Assembly: GCF_009834535.1 (NCBI RefSeq)
Contig: NC_045696.1
Location: 28,336,001 to 28,400,000 of the forward strand
Reading direction: 5' to 3'
Origin: Camelus ferus
Taxonomy: Eukaryota
Length of the DNA: 64,000 bases
The translations under genes and the position numbers were made by a program. Of the stretch, positions 28,016 through 39,879 are shown in pieces. Below the pieces are notes generated by a model. It searched no databases. It was not told where the DNA came from and worked only from the letters and a program-made list of their open reading frames with translations. Each line of letters begins with the position of its first letter. The first letter of the stretch is position 1.

Positions 28016-28515
28016 AAAATAATGCCATTTGCAGCAGTATGGACCTGGAGATCACCATTCTAAGTGAAGTAAGCCAGAAAGAGAAAGAAAAATACCATAT
28101 GATATCACTCATGTGGAATCTTAAAAAAAAGAAAAAAAAAGAAAAAGAGAAAGAAAAAAGAGGACACTAATGAAGTCATCTACAAAACAAAAACAGACTC
28201 ACAGACATAGTGAACAATCTTACAGTTACTAGGGGAAAAGGGGTGGGAAGGAATAAATTTGAGAGTTTGAGATTTGCAAATGTTAACCACTATATATAAA
28301 AATAGATAAAAAACAAATTTCTTCTGTATAGCACAGGGAACTATATTCAATATTTTGTAATAACCTTTAATGAAAATGAGTATGTGTGTGTGTATACACA
28401 CACACACATTACTGAGATATTATGCTGTATACCAGAAATTGACACATTGTAACCGACTATACTTCAATTAAAAAAAAAAAAAGAACCTCAATGAATAAGT
28501 AACATCAAATAAAAA
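28016..28515 (+). mobile_element. 5'-truncated LINE-1 3' end (last ORF2 codons + 3'UTR + polyA), ~16-bp TSD
   Basis: ATGCCATTTGCAGCA...CATTCTAAGTGAAGTAAGCCAGAAAGAGAAAGAAAAATACCATATG (ORF2 end), 3'UTR ending GACTATACTTCAATT, A13 at 28470-28482. TSD AAGTCTCTGG(C/A)TGAAT at 28000-28015 and 28518-28533. Confidence 0.95.
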
Positions 28516-29041
28516 AGAAGTCTCTGGATGAATCTAACTGCACATCTATGGGATAGGTGCTTTATACCTTTTAGCTGTGTCTTCAGTCTTCCTTCGTTTC
28601 TTACTCTCAAGGGTTTTGCTCAGACTTGGGCAAATTCTCTAGGACTCAATCCTATTTTAAATAAGCCTGGGTTGACGTCTGTGTTTGGCCCACACATGAC
28701 AGCCACACTGTTACATGGTTTACTCTGCCGTTGTTGGAAGGGCAGTTACTTTCTAAACATGTGTCTCTGTTCCCTCTCTGCCCAGTTGCCTCAGGCTGAC
28801 AGCCACACCCTCACACCTTGAGTTTCTTTAGATGCTCCTTACACACTCACGCAGTACGCCCTAGAAATTCTTGGGTAACTCATATGAGCTGTCCAAGGGA
28901 GCTTCCTTGAAGTTTCTTCTACTAGTTCCTCCCCATCTTTCTATAAGGGAGTCAAAAGCTTAATTTTTCCTCAAAAATCACCAGCATAACACCTGGTAGA
29001 CCTAGGATTTAATGCTAAATGACTCCAGATCCCTTATTCTT

Positions 29042-29917
29042 TTTTTTCACTTTTAACATTTTTTATTGATTTATAATCATTTTACAATGTTGTGTCAAAT
29101 TCCAGTGTAGAGCACAGTTTTTCAGTTATACATGAACATATATATATTCATTGTCACATTTTTTTCTGTGAGCTACCATAAGATCTTGTATATATTTCCC
29201 TGTGCTATACAGTATAATCTTGTTTATCTATTCTACAATTTTGAAATCCCAGTCTATCTCTTCCCACCTCCCCACCCCCTTGGCAACCATAAATTTATAT
29301 TCTATGTCTGTGAGTCTATTTCCGTTTTGTATTTATGCTTTGTTTGTTTTTGTTTTTGTTTTAGATTCCACATATGAGTGATCTCATATGGTATTTTTCT
29401 TTCTCTTTCTGGCTCACTTCACTTAGAATGACACTCTCCAGTAACATCCATGTTGCTGCAAATGGTGTTATGTTCTCAGTTTTTATGGCTGAGTAGTATT
29501 CCATTGTATAAATATACCACCTCTTCTTTATCCAGTCATCTGTTGATGGACATTTAGGCTGTTTCCATGTCTTGGCTATTGTAAATAATGCTGCTATGAA
29601 CATTGGGGTGCAGGTGTCATCCTGAAATAGGGTTCTTTCCTGATATATGCCCAGGAGTGGATTCCTGGGTCATATGGTAAGTCTATTCCTAGTCTTTTGA
29701 GGAATCTCCATACTGTCCTCCACAGTGACTGCACCAGACTGCATTCCCACCAGCAGTGAAGGAGGGTTCCCTTTTCTCAACAGCCTCTCCAGCATTTGTC
29801 ATTTGTGGATTTTTGAATGATGGCCATTCTGACTGGTGTGAGGTGATACCTCATTGTAGTTTTGATTTGCATTTCTCTGATAATTAGTGATATTGAGCAT
29901 TTTTCATGTGCCTATTG
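29042..29917 (-). mobile_element. Young 5'-truncated LINE-1 (ORF2 C-terminus + 3'UTR + A tail), camelid/artiodactyl type, 16-bp TSD
   Basis: ORF 29361-29603 is the L1 ORF2 C-terminus ([27 protein letters not shown]...EYYSAIK). Upstream the minus strand encodes the zinc knuckle [17 protein letters not shown], with a stop and frameshifts. TSD CAGATCCCT(T/A)ATTCTT at 29026-29041 and 29918-29933; TT/AAGA endonuclease-type site. Confidence 0.97.
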
Positions 29918-31649
29918 CAGATCCCTAATTCTTAATCACCCATATTATGTCCTTCTAAAGATTACCACATGCCTATATTTCTCAAAGTATTTTATGTTAC
30001 ATAGAAAGTAATATTGAAATAGAGTTTACTTTTGTGTAACAGAAGAACTAGAAGTTAAGTGAAGAGGGAGTTAGTCTATGACCAAGTATTAATATACTTA
30101 ATTTTTTTTTAGCTCAAAGAAAAGATTGAGTCCTTCCGCACTGAATTATATGTCTTATCAGCTAAGATAGGTTGATGTGTCACAATTTACACTCTTTGAA
30201 ACAAATTCTTCTTGGAGTCTGAAGCAGTTAGAGGAATAAACTTCCTAGAGAGAATACGAACGTGGCTCTGTCAGCACCGCAGACACCCCGAGTTGAGTGA
30301 ATTAAATGCTCATGTGCGGATAAAAACAACTCATCTTAGTAGCAACACACTGCACCTGTACTTTTCCCATGATGCACAGTTTCATTAGTGATAAAAAAGT
30401 AATTTGAAAACTCCTGTCACAGGAAGTTAAACTTTTAAGTAAGTACCAGCCTTATAATTTCGAAGTATTCAGTGGCTGGAAGTTCTTTTCTCTTATCACT
30501 GGGATAAAACGTTATGTGATGTAACACAAGCATCTCTTGCTCTCTGTGCACACAAGTTGCACTTAGGGTCATGCCATGTCATATTCTGCACACGGTGATT
30601 GTTTAATGCTGTTCTCTGCTGCTGCACTAAGTATCGTATCATTCATCCTAGATGACTCCCTTGAAAATTGCTTCTAAAAGTTTGTGCCAAAAATGCTCAT
30701 GATGTGAACAATTTACTATCCTCTCACTATTAAGATACTGAAAACTGTCACTTGAGGAAATTGGATACTGTACCCTGTAAAACATGTTGTCGGAAGCTTT
30801 GCTTCAACAATTACTACCTCTCATCCATCAGCTTGTGAGTGTTGTGTTTACTCAGTTGTTAAATTTAACACTGTAAGACCACTCAGATGTCAGGAAAGGA
30901 GAAGTACTGAAATCTCGTGTGGTGTTTTGGTGAACAAAATGAAGGTGTTCGTATTTGTGCTTTTGTTTGTTTTTTATATTCTATGTATCTAGCCATTGAG
31001 AAAGTCAAGTTATTTCTGCACCACAGGTTTGTTGTAAACTTTTAAACATAGTTACTTTCATTGATGTTAGTAGACATTGTTTCAACATCACTTGCAGATA
31101 ATGTCAGGTATTGAGAACTAAGGTTTTTATTTCAACAATTACCATTTTTTATATTTCTATGACATAAACTCCTTTTAATCTAGGGTTAACCCAATTTGTC
31201 AGTTTTTGACCACCTTAAATGGCAAGCACATACTATTGTAACAAGGAAAAAATGTATACCAGTATCAATAATTGAATGGCTGGATAATAATTCAAACACA
31301 CACTCAACTTTCAAAGCTCAGCCTTAAGTCTTGTTCCAGCATGAAGCTATTCCAGACTTTTTCTTCTTACAGTGACGTCTCCTTTTTTCTGAAATTACAG
31401 CACCTACTCTCTTACCTAACAAGTAATCAAGTAATCGGGTACAACACTGGACATCTTTTGAAGTATGATATTTTTATTTAACATATTTGTTAATATTTCA
31501 TATTAAATGGCAAAGTAATGAGCAAAATAAATTTGTAGTTTGTTCAATCTCTTCTTGGAAATAGAGTCAGAATGTAGATGATAGTTCTCTCACTGAATGA
31601 ATCATTCAAAGTCTTTCTAACTCAGAGATTTATTCGTTTTGTTTAATGA

Positions 31650-31820
31650 GCTGTAATTTACCCTCAATAAAAAGTATGACTATTAAGTGTTCAATTCAAT
31701 GAGTTTTGGAAATTTTATCCACTCTGTAACCATCATTCATTTTTTTTCTATCACCCAAGGAAGTTTTTTCTTTCCCCTTCACTCTCAATTCTTACCACCA
31801 CCCTACTATTTGTAACCACA
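31650..31820 (-). mobile_element. Old L1M 3' end fragment
   Basis: TTAAGTGTTCAATTCAATGAGTTTTGGAAA...TGTAACCATC...TATCACCCAAGGAAGTT is typical of minus-strand L1MC/L1ME 3' ends. Confidence 0.65.
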
Positions 31821-32309
31821 ATAGCAGTGCTAATTTTGTATTATTTAAATCTTCTAGATTTATATATTGGTTTAATTTATGCAATAAGCTTTAGTTGTTT
31901 TTTCCTAAAGTTATATTTACAAAAATATAGAATTGTGTGTGTTCTCCTTTGCTGTATCAAATTGAAAATTCTACTTTAGCTTGAACATAAATGTGCTTTT
32001 GGTAGTCTTTGATTAGTTGGCTTTATTTAACACAATGTCAATAAATATCAAAGAATCTGCACTTTACAGAACACAGTGATTATAAGCAATTAAGTGCTAG
32101 AGCAATAAAAAATAAATGAATAATCAATAAAACAAACAAAATACTTTTATAAAATAAAAAAACTAATCATAATAAAAATTCAAATTTCTTAAAAATAAGT
32201 GACATTGAGACAATTACATTTTAGAACTTGTCAAATGCAGATAAAGCAAATATTAAAAATGGAGTTTTATTGTATTTAAAGCTAATTCTACCCAGTTGAT
32301 TTTTTTTAA

Positions 32310-32530
32310 TGTTCAAGCACTTTGCTAGAAGTTAGATATTCATTGTGGTCAAAACAGATACGATCTTGCCTTCTAGGAACTTAGAGTCAATTACATCTCA
32401 TTTATTCATTATTTATTTAAGCATTTGTCCATCAGATTGAGTCCTTATGATGTGAAAGTTGATGTAGTGATATATAGATTATATAGAACCTGTTTTCTAG
32501 ACACTTTTATCTCATTAGAGAGAACACAGA
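32310..32530 (-). mobile_element. L2 3' fragments (two adjacent)
   Basis: AAAACAGATACGATCTTGCCTTCTAGGAACTTAGAGTC followed by a second CATTTATTCATT tail. Confidence 0.6.
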
Positions 32531-32627
32531 CTATAAAAAAAATTGTATATTAAAATATGTAATTATTATATATTATAATATGACTATATTGACAATATAT
32601 AATAAAAGACAATATGCAAAAGGGAGG

Positions 32628-32672
32628 ATATATATATATGTGTGTGTGTGTGTGTGTATACACATATATATA
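32628..32672. repeat. Compound (TA)n(TG)n microsatellite
   Basis: ATATATATATATGTGTGTGTGTGTGTGTGTATACACATATATATA. Confidence 0.9.
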
Positions 32673-32917
32673 GACAGAGAGATACAGAAAGAAAATATTA
32701 TGTAAGGTCAAAGCAAAGATGGCTTGTTCCTATTTACCAGGATAACACACACACACAAAAGTGGTATAGAATTAAAAAGTATGCACTGGAATAATAATTA
32801 TATTATTTCATTTTACATATATAAAACTATTCCAAAATTGCAAAATTATTTCTCATTGCTTAAGCTTGTAAAAAAAAAAGGAGAAACTCTTTTTAGGGAA
32901 GCGTCGAATAGGAATAT

Positions 32918-33518
32918 TGTAACAGACATGGAATCTGGGCAGTGTTGTCTGTTACTTACAGAATACAAAGCATTTCCCTATTTGAAGTAGGGGATGACTA
33001 TGATGAGCAGTGTTGAAGTTGCTAGGGCAAGGAGGGTCTGTTGGAAACAAATTACCATGGGTCTCTTGCATTTCTGTATGTCTTGATGGTAGGTGCTTTG
33101 ATGACCCTTGTTCTGAACTGTTTCTTCAAAGATGCTTGCAATGCCAATGTCTGGAGATAACCCAAGTATTTTTATTGTGTTGTATAATAGAGATAATATC
33201 TCTATCCAGGGCAAAGGTCAAGCATGGGTATAGCCCGTTATAAAAGATTTTTATTCCCTAAGCTTGAAATTCTTCAGCAGTGACACAAACCCACTCTCTG
33301 TACAGCCTTTATTTGGGTTTCTCCAAACTGGGCCCTGGGACTTGGGGGTGAAGGGGATAGGCACAAGCATGAAACTTGCCCCAAGAGTAATAAAGTCCTT
33401 TTCCTCTGATCCAGGAGTCCTGTGTCTTTTGTCAGCATTCATAAATTGTGGCACATTAACTTGTGAGCTGGCAAGTAGAATGACATCTCAGACAATTCAC
33501 TGAGTCTGTATCATGACA
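32918..33518 (+). mobile_element. MER77/MER21-group solo LTR
   Basis: Starts TGTAACAGAC and ends TGACA. The 3' part AATAAAGTCCTTTTCCTCTGATCCAGGAGTCCTGTGTCTTTTGTCAGCATTCATAAATTGTGGC...GCAAGTAGAATGACATCTCAGAC matches the recalled MER77/MER21/MER68-group R-U5. No clean TSD. Confidence 0.75.
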
Positions 33519-33519
33519 A

Positions 33520-36230
33520 GAAGTGGAAAAGAAACTGAAGAGGCTGGGGGAAGGCAAGAATATTGAATTGACTCAAGTAGGAGAGACTTTAATTGCACTG
33601 GAGAAGGGTATTTATGCAGACTGCCTGAGGTTCCAGATCTCTAAGGAGCTAAGGATTCTGGTTGAATTAGGTTCAAGCACCATCTCCAATTCCTCCTTCT
33701 ATGAGGGCTCTAAATAAATGGAATACAAGGCACACTTGTTATATGAAGACTCTTCTGCACATCCTTCAAAGATGAGTATTGATATTTGGTGAAGTAATTA
33801 GGCGCCTGCTTTCTCACCTTTTCCTGGAGTGGGCATTATTGCTAGTGTTGGTTTAAGGAAGAAAATGGGCATTCTGATCTGATCATCATTCTGGCTGTGA
33901 TTGAACCAAGTGGTGCCATAGAACTAGTTCAAAGCTCCTCTGCTATGGAATATAAATTATCTAATATAGAGAAACAAGCGTTCTACCCAGAGATCTGGCA
34001 ATGGGACAAGGTAAGTTAATGAAAGAAACTTTCACATATTGAGGTATGGGAAAGTCATTCTGGATTATATGTGATTTGGCTTGAACTTTATGCTAACTAC
34101 AGCAGCCTATCTTATGGCCTGCCAAACATTTATTATACATCTGCTTCAACCATTAAAGAAAATAATGTGCTTACAAATCAAAATGGAGTAACTGTGGTTT
34201 GGGCACTCGAAGTGGAGCCAGGTGACCACTGTGGATGTGGTTTCAGACACACTTCTGTATTACTGAGAACCTAAATTTTCTGAATTATGTCAAACTCAAA
34301 GACACCACCAGCTATTCTCAAAACAAAATAGGCTATCAGTATAGGCCAGCTGCAACCTTTTGGTCTCAAGATTTCTCCTTGTATCTGTGCAGTCATTTCA
34401 GACCCTAATAAATCCTTGCTTAACAAGCACTCCTACTTCTTGTCAGATGAATCCTAATTCTTGACAGACAACTTATGTAACTTTGCAGTTTTTGCCTCTA
34501 TGAGCATTCCCTACATTGTAGTCCAGCAAAACAATTCCAGTGCTTCTTGAGTCTGTGTCTTTCACGCTATAGGGCTCGGTTTGGCTCAAATAAAATTGTT
34601 TTCTATTCCTCTTATAGATTGTTTATTGATTATTTGCATTGACAAAGCTTTACAGTGAGTTCCCACGGAACAGATTGTGATATGATGGCTGATAGGAAAT
34701 AGTAGTAGGTCTGCCAATATTATAGGTCCCAGAATTTTATAGGTAGCTAAATAGCTGTAGAAGTGGAGGACATGCAACTAAACAAAAGAGAAGAGGTGAT
34801 ACTATGACCTAAGCAGTCTTAAATTTACACCAGTCATTTTACCCAAATTGTAGATGGCCTTGGGCAAGTGATAAGACAAATGGTACTGTCCTGGTTGGAT
34901 ATTAGTACTTAGTATTATTATGGAGAGCTCAGGTCATAGGCAAAGGAAGAAGAATTTAAGTTTTATTGAATAACATCAAATGTAACAAGAAAGGAGTATC
35001 TTGGATACTGATATGTGTCCAAGGGTGACGTAAAATGTGAAGAAACTTGACTTTGAAGTGGTAATGGGTTGCAATTCACGATTTCATTGCCCCTTGAGTC
35101 ATGCTGATTTATAATTAATTAGTTTCCCTATTGATATAAATAATGTTATAAGCTGAATCTACCTGAGAATCAAAAGATACAGGAAGAAGTAGAAGGGGAA
35201 AGCAACTACTGCCCTTGTAAAAGAAGAAGAGTAGCCTTAGGGAGGAGATCAATTTTGATAATGCCAGTGAGGCATTGAAATCTAAATCTTACCCTTGGAG
35301 TACATGGGGCTCCTGAGGAATTGCATCCTGTATTTCGATATTGATATGGAAAGAATGGTGAATTGCATCCTTCTAGGGAAATTTTTCTAAGTGTTGGAAA
35401 AAGGATGCAAAGCTAGGTATAGAAAACATAGGAGGTATAGAAAGCAGTATCTCGCATGCTCATCCCCCAAGACATATACTTCACTAATCCCTGGTGAATG
35501 CTGAGACCACATATAATGGCTCTCATTCATTCTAAGAAAATGCCCTCTTTCAGATTTCCTGAATGATGTTACACTTGCACTTGTGCACTTATGATGACCC
35601 TGGAATTTACAGGGAAGTTTGCTGTGTTGTAATCATGGTTGTATGTGTTACTTGTCCAGCTCCAGGGAGACAACTGTAAGTATTTTCAGTTTAGAATTTG
35701 CTGCTTCATAGATAGCCTGGGGTATATTGTTCAACCATGCCTCTCATTTATGTTTTGGTGTGTAAAATAGAAGCTGGGAAGAAAAAAGAGCTGGATCTGG
35801 TATGTCACAGCTGACATGTTTCTGACTTCAGACAGCATTCACATTACCGATTCCCAGGAATTAGGGAGAGGAAGGAGGGACAAGCAAGAGGAAGCTCCTG
35901 GGTAGGAGTAATCACTGCCCGTAACTGGAGAGGACTTTGCTGTGTGTTACAGCAGTCACACTCAGTAGAGCCAAAGAACAAAGTCAAAGATCCTCACTGG
36001 TTGTACCACACAGGAATGTGGCACACTAACAACAAAGACAAGAATTCTCAGATGTGCCACTACAAACAGCAGCCAGAGATCAGCACTTTCTACAGAATCT
36101 GAGGATGCCAGGCAGGCCTGCACTAGACATCCATCCATTAAAATGCTTAGCAGTTCATCAAGTGTAATCAGAGGGCACAATGCATCCATCTTCTAGGAAA
36201 GAAGCTGCCTAACAGTTCCAGAATCTCTCT
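33520..36230. mobile_element. Probable very old LTR-retroelement-derived tract, family not identified, interrupted by a younger LTR
   Basis: Purine-rich, higher-GC block unlike the flanking intron. Only weak resemblance to pol motifs (ANYSS near 34090); no ORF. Confidence 0.3.
34151..34644 (+). mobile_element. ERV1-class solo LTR
   Basis: CAAAATGGAGT near the 5' end, AATAAA polyA signal at ~34589, ends TTGCATTGACA; 5' boundary approximate. Confidence 0.7.
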
Positions 36231-36304
36231 TCACTATAGATCGCATAGAGTTTGAAACATAGAACTGAATTCCACATGAAGATATTTTGCACATTTTTCA
36301 GGAG

Positions 36305-37044
36305 CATGGATTCTCAACAGCAAAGGCACCACCCCCTACAGAAAGTTTTGGAAATTTGTGGTCGTTGTTTCTCCTGTCACAATGAGTCTAGGGAAAGATG
36401 TTTGGTGCTAAAGGCTTTTAATGGACAGAGGCCGGGTGTCTTAGGCATTCTGAAATGTCTGGGACAGTTCTTCATAATGAAGAATTACTCAGAATTTCAC
36501 AAAATTTAAAATTTCCCCAGGCAATCACTTCTGTGAAAAGCCACTTGAAATCTTATCCTATGCAGAACAAACTTCGTATTTAAACATAAAGTGTTTCTTT
36601 TCAGAGTTTTTAGCACGTACCTAAAATTTCCAGAGTAGAATACTACAAAATACGTTGACCTGGGAACATACCATTTTGCTGTTATTTTTCAGAATTACCA
36701 AGAGTTAGTGTTCATTTCGAGAAATTGTGTCTTTGAGGCCAACAATAATTATGGTACTCACGTTCCCAGTAGGACATTTCTGGGCCACTCTGTATGTGTG
36801 GCTGGGTTTCCAGGCGCCTGTAACTGTGTGTGTGTGTCTGTGTGTGCAGGCATCATTCACAAGATTTTCTACTGTAGTCACACTTGAGCATTTATAAATA
36901 AAACTATTTTGTTATAAATCACACTACCTTTTTTTCTCCTATACGTTAAAGTTAGTGTGTTTTAAAAATATGTGTGTGTAATAAATGTTACAAAACATTT
37001 ACTATTAAAAGGGGGCTTTTGTTCTGAGATACTTGAGAACTGTT
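36305..37044 (+). mobile_element. MER20B-like hAT-Charlie DNA transposon, near full length
   Basis: Termini CATGGATTCTCAAC ... TTGAGAACTGTT; internal GGACAGTTCTTCATAATGAAGAATT and TTACAAAACATTTACTATTAAAAGGGGGC as in the recalled MER20B consensus; right flank TTCTAGA fits the hAT target preference. Confidence 0.85.
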
Positions 37045-37789
37045 TTTCTAGACTATGCATGCCTTTGATGAAGAAATATGATTGGCTGCATTCCCATCTT
37101 CCCCGCTCTCTCCTGTCTCTGTGCCACACCCCAAAGGAGGCCCTAAGTCCTAGATCGGCTTGTAATTCTACGTCCTCTGGAAGAGGTAGCGAAAACACTA
37201 AGCAGCGTTACGTTACCTCAGTTCATGCTGGAAATGGACACGATGGGTCTGCTCTTCTCCAACGTGAATATTTTCCCTTTCCTCAACCATTTATCCATAT
37301 TCCTTTTTTTTTTGAACTCTCTAAATATGTCTCTAGTTTTTCATTAATATCAACAACCAACTGAATTCATTTGTCTTTCATTGATGGTTCACTTTAACTC
37401 AGAAAATGAAAAATCTGTCCCCTTTTGCTAACACTAATGTTCCACAATTATATAAAGGCTTACATAAAATTAGAAAAAACAAATAAAGCAAGCTCTAGAA
37501 GAGATACTGAAATTCCTGGTCATCATGTTTGCTATTACATGAATTATTTCCGTCAATGTTTCTGTGGGAAGCTGTTTTTATTCCCAACTGAGTCAGTAAC
37601 ATATTGCCTCATGCACTAGGTTGTTGGAGGGCCACAGTTGTGTTTGGGTCATTTTGTGTCATTTTAATAGAGGGCCATATAAAAATGCTTTTAGACACAT
37701 ACTCTAAAGACAGGCAAGATCTGATAGCTTTCTTTTCATCTTTCTCTCCCCCTCTTTATTTCTTTCTATTTTTCTTTTTTTTTTTTTTG

Positions 37790-38240
37790 TAATTGGAAAG
37801 TTGGCCTATTTTAAAGCAGTCTGTTAATGCAACAGTGGTTTTGAAACATTGTATTAAAGAGACCATTTTAAAGGAACCACTCAAGAAATCATTAGCAGCT
37901 TATATAAAAAGAAAATAGCATATAAGGTACATATTTATGGCTGAGATCTGACACTCAACTGAGAGAAAAGGGGAGGGGGGACTCTTTCTTCATTAGCAGC
38001 ACGACCAGAGCACTTAGGGATTTCACTCCCTCACATCCATTATTTCATCTATTGTCCTAATTTAATTTTCCATGATTTTCCTGACAGTGAAGGTTGGCCA
38101 CTCTTAAGTAAGTACAAAAGGTTTGCAGCACTCATGTTAATAATTACACAAGCTGTTGAAGCTTTTTGCTGAAGGGTGTATTGTCAAAAATATCAAATTT
38201 AGACAAAAGCAGAAGCTACAGATGTGTATGAAACTGGAAT
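37790..38240. promoter_or_regulatory. Candidate intronic enhancer / conserved non-coding element
   Basis: Repeat-free; dense TAAT/ATTA cores, TTTATGG (HOX-type, 37934-37940), TCATTAGCAGC twice (37889, 37990). Conservation is inferred, not measured. Confidence 0.4.
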
Positions 38241-38408
38241 CCCTGAGTGCCTTTGTTTTTTATCCACAGAAAGAAGCCACCTCGTGAGGTCTAAATGTTA
38301 ATAAAGCATTCATGCTGTTTGGAACCTTTTGAGACTCTAAACAGGAAAACAAGATCTTTGGAGAACTGCCATCAAATTGTTGCTGCTATCGTCACTGCTG
38401 TCACTTAC

Positions 38409-38526
38409 CGGGGTCCTTCTGACAATACAAAACTACGATTTCTACATTCTTTCTTAGCCAAATCAATTCGTTTTCTAATGTATGTATTGGCCGGTTTTAG
38501 AATGGCTGATCCCAAAATATAAGTTC
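38409..38526 (-). CDS. Internal protein-coding exon (118 nt) of an unidentified large gene; peptide xTYILGSAILKPANTYIRKRIDLAKKECRNRSFVLSEGP(R)
   Basis: Minus strand reads ACTAAAATTCACTTTCTTTCCACGTTTAG|GAACTT...GGACCCCG|GTAAGT: branch-point-like ACTAA, polypyrimidine tract, AG acceptor (38527-38528) and consensus donor GTAAGT (38403-38408). Only one of three frames is open. Four CpGs in 118 nt in a CpG-depleted window; no repeat similarity recognised. Confidence 0.7.
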
Positions 38527-39094
38527 CTAAACGTGGAAAGAAAGTGAATTTTAGTCCATTATCCTTCTACCTGTTCTTTAATGATTCAACCCGTTGCCCT
38601 CAGTTCATTCTTTTGTGTACAGAACACCAAATTCCCCACCGTGTGAAACTGCTTTGTGCCACTGAGGCCGTGCATTACTGGTTTTCCAGGTGGTCACGGG
38701 TTATTATAAGGAGCCTGCAAATATCTGTGTCCATCAAATATTGATCATAGACTAAAGGAATATTGTCTCATTCATTTAGTACCAAACCTTCTCAACTGAA
38801 AGAAGGTGATTTTGCGAAACAGAATATGCAAACATATTTAAAAGTAATACCTAACGTACAACAGTGGTAGAGAGATATTTGAGATATAAAAGCCAACGCA
38901 TTTTTACTCTCATAATCTTATCTTTCTCCCTAGCCATTGAGTAAATGCCAATGGGCTGAAGGAGTTGACTAGAACCATGAGCAGAGAATTTTGCTCATCT
39001 TTGAATTGTTAGACTTTCTGAGTCAATTGAGAAGTAATAGATACCCAAACTAGGTTATTTGTAGATAGATTTTTTTAATATTTTTAAATCTTCA

Positions 39095-39340
39095 GTTGGG
39101 AGTTTGGGATTTGCAGATACTAACTACTATATATAAAATAGATAAACAACAAAGTCCTTCTGTATAGCACAGGGAACTATATTCAATACCTTGTAATGGC
39201 TTATAATGAAACAGAATATGAAAAGGAATATATATATATAAATAAATATGTGTGTGTATATATATATAACTGAATCACTATGCTGTATACCAGAAATTAA
39301 CACAACATTGTAAACTGACTATACTTCAATAAAAAAAAAA
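39095..39340 (+). mobile_element. 5'-truncated LINE-1 3'UTR fragment with polyA and 9-bp TSD
   Basis: Homologous to 28260-28470 (GAGTTTGGGATTTGCAGATAC...TGTATAGCACAGGGAACTATATTCAA...GACTATACTTCAATAAAA). TSD AAA(T/C)CTTCA at 39086-39094 and 39341-39349 after a TTTT/AAA site. Confidence 0.92.
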
Positions 39341-39879
39341 AAACCTTCAAGAACAAAGCTCACTGTAAGTCATTATTTGAAGAGTGTAAACATAAGGAAT
39401 GTCATTTCCCTGGAGGAAGGATTGTGAAGTCCTTATAGTTAGTTCCTGAAAGGTAAGCCTGTATTGGAGGTGATGATACCAGGTGAAGACTCTGCCTGAA
39501 TCTCTGAGAAGGGTCTTAGCACACGCCAGCTACACCTACGCCTCCAAAATGAAGGGGAAACCTAAAGTAGAGAGATTTTGTCCCATTTACTCATGACAGT
39601 AGCTGCATTAAAAGAAGTGATACATGTTTAAGCAGAAAGAAGATCTGAGACAAGTGTTGTGTTTTCAAACAGACTGCATGTGCCATTGAATAAACACTCA
39701 AATTCTTGTGTCACCTTTAAGTAGCTGAGGATTGAGTGGTGATTCTGCTTAGAGTTCAACTGAAGGCAGAGGAGAGGCATCCCTATAACTGAGGCGCCTG
39801 TCTGGGCAGATCTAAGCCACTCTCAGGGGAAGAACACAGTGGAGTCTTTGGTTTTAGCAGCACCAGAGGGTAGTGAAAA

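Noticed and set aside
29361..29603. 80-aa ORF with a recognisable protein sequence
   Set aside because: It is the L1 ORF2 C-terminus in a 5'-truncated, disabled copy, not a host gene.
38295..38522. Plus-strand 75-aa ORF overlapping the exon
   Set aside because: Splice signals support the minus strand; this is the antisense frame.
39858..39876. CTCF-like motif GCACCAGAGGGTAGTG
   Set aside because: Mismatches at two high-information positions; cannot be supported without ChIP data.
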